Assembly: GCA_016840425.1 (NCBI GenBank)
Contig: JAEOSI010000095.1
Coordinates: 1 to 7,980 of the forward strand
From: Candidatus Wukongarchaeum yapensis
GTDB lineage: Archaea; Asgardarchaeota; Wukongarchaeia; Wukongarchaeales; Wukongarchaeaceae
Reading direction: 5' to 3'
DNA length: 7,980 bases
Made by a program: the position numbers and the translations under genes. The notes beneath the pieces were generated by a model. The model did no database searches, had not been told where the DNA came from, and saw nothing but the letters and a program-made list of their open reading frames with translations. This document shows, piece by piece, positions 6,435-7,980 of the stretch (within the stretch, counting starts at the first letter, position 1; every line of letters starts with the position of its first letter).

Positions 6435-7481
6435 ATGAAAAATGGGAAAAAGGAGAGTGTACTAGAAACGGAAAAAGAACGTAGAATATACTTGTTAAGA
6501 GAGATCGTTAAAAGATATAGCCCTACAGGGTCGGAAGCTAATGTGGCTAAATTTATAATGTCTTTTTTACGCGAGCAAGGTGTTAAATCATATATAGACG
6601 AGGTGGGAAATGTTATTGCTGGAGAGGGAGACTTGCTTTTGTGTAGTCACATAGACACCGTCCCAGGCGAGCTTCCAGTGCGCATTGAGGGGGATTTTAT
6701 TTATGGTCGGGGAGTGGTGGATGCAAAAGCTTCTGTTGCTTCTTTCATAATGTCTATTGTGGAAAGTGATAGCCCTTGTTCTTTGGCCCTTGTAGTGGAA
6801 GAGGAAGGGTCTTCTAGAGGGGCTAATCATCTCCTTGAAAACTTTACGTGGAAAAACGTCCTAATAGGAGAGCCTAGTAAAATAAACACGATAGTTGTAG
6901 GGTATAAGGGAAGAATCCTCCTAGAAATAATTTCAAAGGGTACAGCCACTCATGTGGCGATACCCAGTCCTGATAACGCGGTTATGAAAGCTTTTAAAAT
7001 TTTTAAAGAGATGGAAGCCATGTTACCGAAAGGGGAATCGCTTTTTGATTCCTCTATAGCTAATATTACGCGTATCCAAGGCGGGGAGACTTTCAACGTT
7101 ATTCCTGAAAGCTGTGAAATGATGGTGGATATAAGGGTTGGTCCAAAGCAGATGGAAACGGTACTTCAAGCAATTGATGACATAAAAAAGCAGGAAGGTG
7201 AAAACGTGGAGATTAGGGTGGCTGAATCAACAACTGCGGTTTATCAGCCGGATTCAAGGGTTAAAAAGGCGCTTGAAAAGAGCATAAAAAATCATAGGTT
7301 GCAACCGAGAATAGTGAGGAAGTTGGGTAGCTGTGACATGAACCTGATAGGAGAAAGAGCAGAAATAGCAAGTTATGGCCCAGGAGATCCAAAGCTTTCT
7401 CATACAAACCAGGAAAAGTTGGCGCTTACAGAATATAACCTTGCTATAGACATCCTTCTTGATTTCATTAAAGAGTTTTAA
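6435..7481 (+). CDS. lysK: [LysW]-lysine/[LysW]-ornithine hydrolase (M20 metallopeptidase), 348 aa
   Basis: M20 metal/catalytic set intact: SH72IDTVPG, GRGVVD96AK, VEE123E124G, IGE146PS and H323. LysK-like GYKGR, GSCDMN and YGPGDPKLSHT. Adjacent to lysZ and lysJ. Confidence 0.85.
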   Translation: MKNGKKESVLETEKERRIYLLREIVKRYSPTGSEANVAKFIMSFLREQGVKSYIDEVGNVIAGEGDLLLCSHIDTVPGELPVRIEGDFIYGRGVVDAKASVASFIMSIVESDSPCSLALVVEEEGSSRGANHLLENFTWKNVLIGEPSKINTIVVGYKGRILLEIISKGTATHVAIPSPDNAVMKAFKIFKEMEAMLPKGESLFDSSIANITRIQGGETFNVIPESCEMMVDIRVGPKQMETVLQAIDDIKKQEGENVEIRVAESTTAVYQPDSRVKKALEKSIKNHRLQPRIVRKLGSCDMNLIGERAEIASYGPGDPKLSHTNQEKLALTEYNLAIDILLDFIKEF

Positions 7482-7495
7482 TCCAGGGGGATTAA
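7478..7495. repeat. Perfect 7-bp inverted repeat (TTAATCC-AGGG-GGATTAA) spanning the lysK stop codon
   Basis: Read directly: 7478-7484 is the reverse complement of 7489-7495. Function unknown. Confidence 0.8.
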
Positions 7496-7507
7496 GGGGT
7501 TAATAGA

Positions 7508-7980
7508 TTGCGTGTTATGGGCATAGATTTGGCTGCAAAAGAAAAGAAAAAGACAGGGATCTGCGTAATTAATAGCAACAACGATAAGGAGGAGGAGGAT
7601 GGAAGTTATAGTGTAATAACAAGCAGTGTTTTTGGTGACGAACAGATATTAGAAAAGATCGATCAAGTAAATCCTGATCTTATAGCGATCGATGCTCCTT
7701 TAAGTTGGGGTGAAAAGTTTAGACCAGCGGAAAGGGAGATGATAAAGGATGGGTATAGACTTTTGCCATTGAATATGAGTTCTATGAAAGAACTTACGAC
7801 GCGGGCAATCCGTTTAAAAGAAAGAATTAATTATCCTTCGGTTGAGTGTCATCCTTCTTCTTCTGCTAAGGCATTAAAAATAGAGAAAAAACCTATAGAA
7901 GCTTTTGTAAAAGCTTGTGAGAGAAAATTCAGCTTAAAATTCAAAAATATTCCAAAAAATCAGCATGAAGTGGACGCCGT
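7508..7980 (+). CDS. DUF429-family protein (predicted nuclease, RNase H-like fold), 5' part only, truncated by the window edge; not in the ORF track
   Basis: My translation from TTG7508 is open to the edge: MRVMGIDLAAKEKKKTGICVI...PDLIAIDAPLSW...RPAEREM...LPLNMSSMKELTTRAIRL...VECHPSS...QHEVDA. The GIDLA, IDAPL, E-x-H-P and HExDA motifs are those I recall for DUF429. An in-frame TAA at 7493-7495 bounds the start; purine-rich AAGGGG lies upstream. Confidence 0.78.
   Translation, partial: MRVMGIDLAAKEKKKTGICVINSNNDKEEEDGSYSVITSSVFGDEQILEKIDQVNPDLIAIDAPLSWGEKFRPAEREMIKDGYRLLPLNMSSMKELTTRAIRLKERINYPSVECHPSSSAKALKIEKKPIEAFVKACERKFSLKFKNIPKNQHEVDA

Noticed and set aside
6133-6830. ORFs 6133-6324 (+) and 6588-6830 (-)
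   Set aside because: Antisense shadows of lysZ and lysK.
4441-7481. Alternative annotation as argD/argB/argE (N-acetyl ornithine pathway)
   Set aside because: The kinase and hydrolase motifs (SPSGFKSRHTD; GYKGR, GSCDMN, YGPGD) and co-occurrence of all three fit the LysW-type enzymes better. Lysine vs ornithine specificity remains undetermined.
4353-7493. Recurrent GGGGGATT in the two hairpins (near 4361 and 7486)
   Set aside because: The same string also occurs inside coding sequence (e.g. near 2174 and 684), so it is not a specific repeat family.
1-7980. CRISPR array, tRNA/rRNA, IS elements
   Set aside because: No spaced direct repeats, cloverleaf signatures or transposase-like ORFs found; all intergenic gaps are under 230 bp.

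Overview
Gene-dense prokaryotic window that looks archaeal: GGTGA/GGAGG ribosome-binding sites, TATA/BRE-like promoters, a stand-alone V4R protein and LysW-type amino-acid biosynthesis genes. The minus strand carries, in transcription order, lysZ-lysJ (ATGA overlap), two tandem paralogous DHA3/Mef(A)-like MFS transporters and a 364-aa protein made of two V4R sensor modules. The plus strand carries lysK, divergent from lysZ across 57 bp, followed by a DUF429-like RNase H-fold protein that runs off the right edge and is missing from the ORF track. No RNA genes, mobile elements or CRISPR arrays were seen. The best leads are: (i) an output-less V4R-V4R protein with two intact Zn-site signatures but divergent pockets; (ii) an MFS duplicate pair with reciprocal charge changes in membrane helices, a conserved C-terminal motif and a shared promoter 9-mer; (iii) a split LysW pathway with no lysW, lysX or lysY here. 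All family assignments come from motif recognition by eye, with no database searches. I cannot demonstrate a new system from this window alone.
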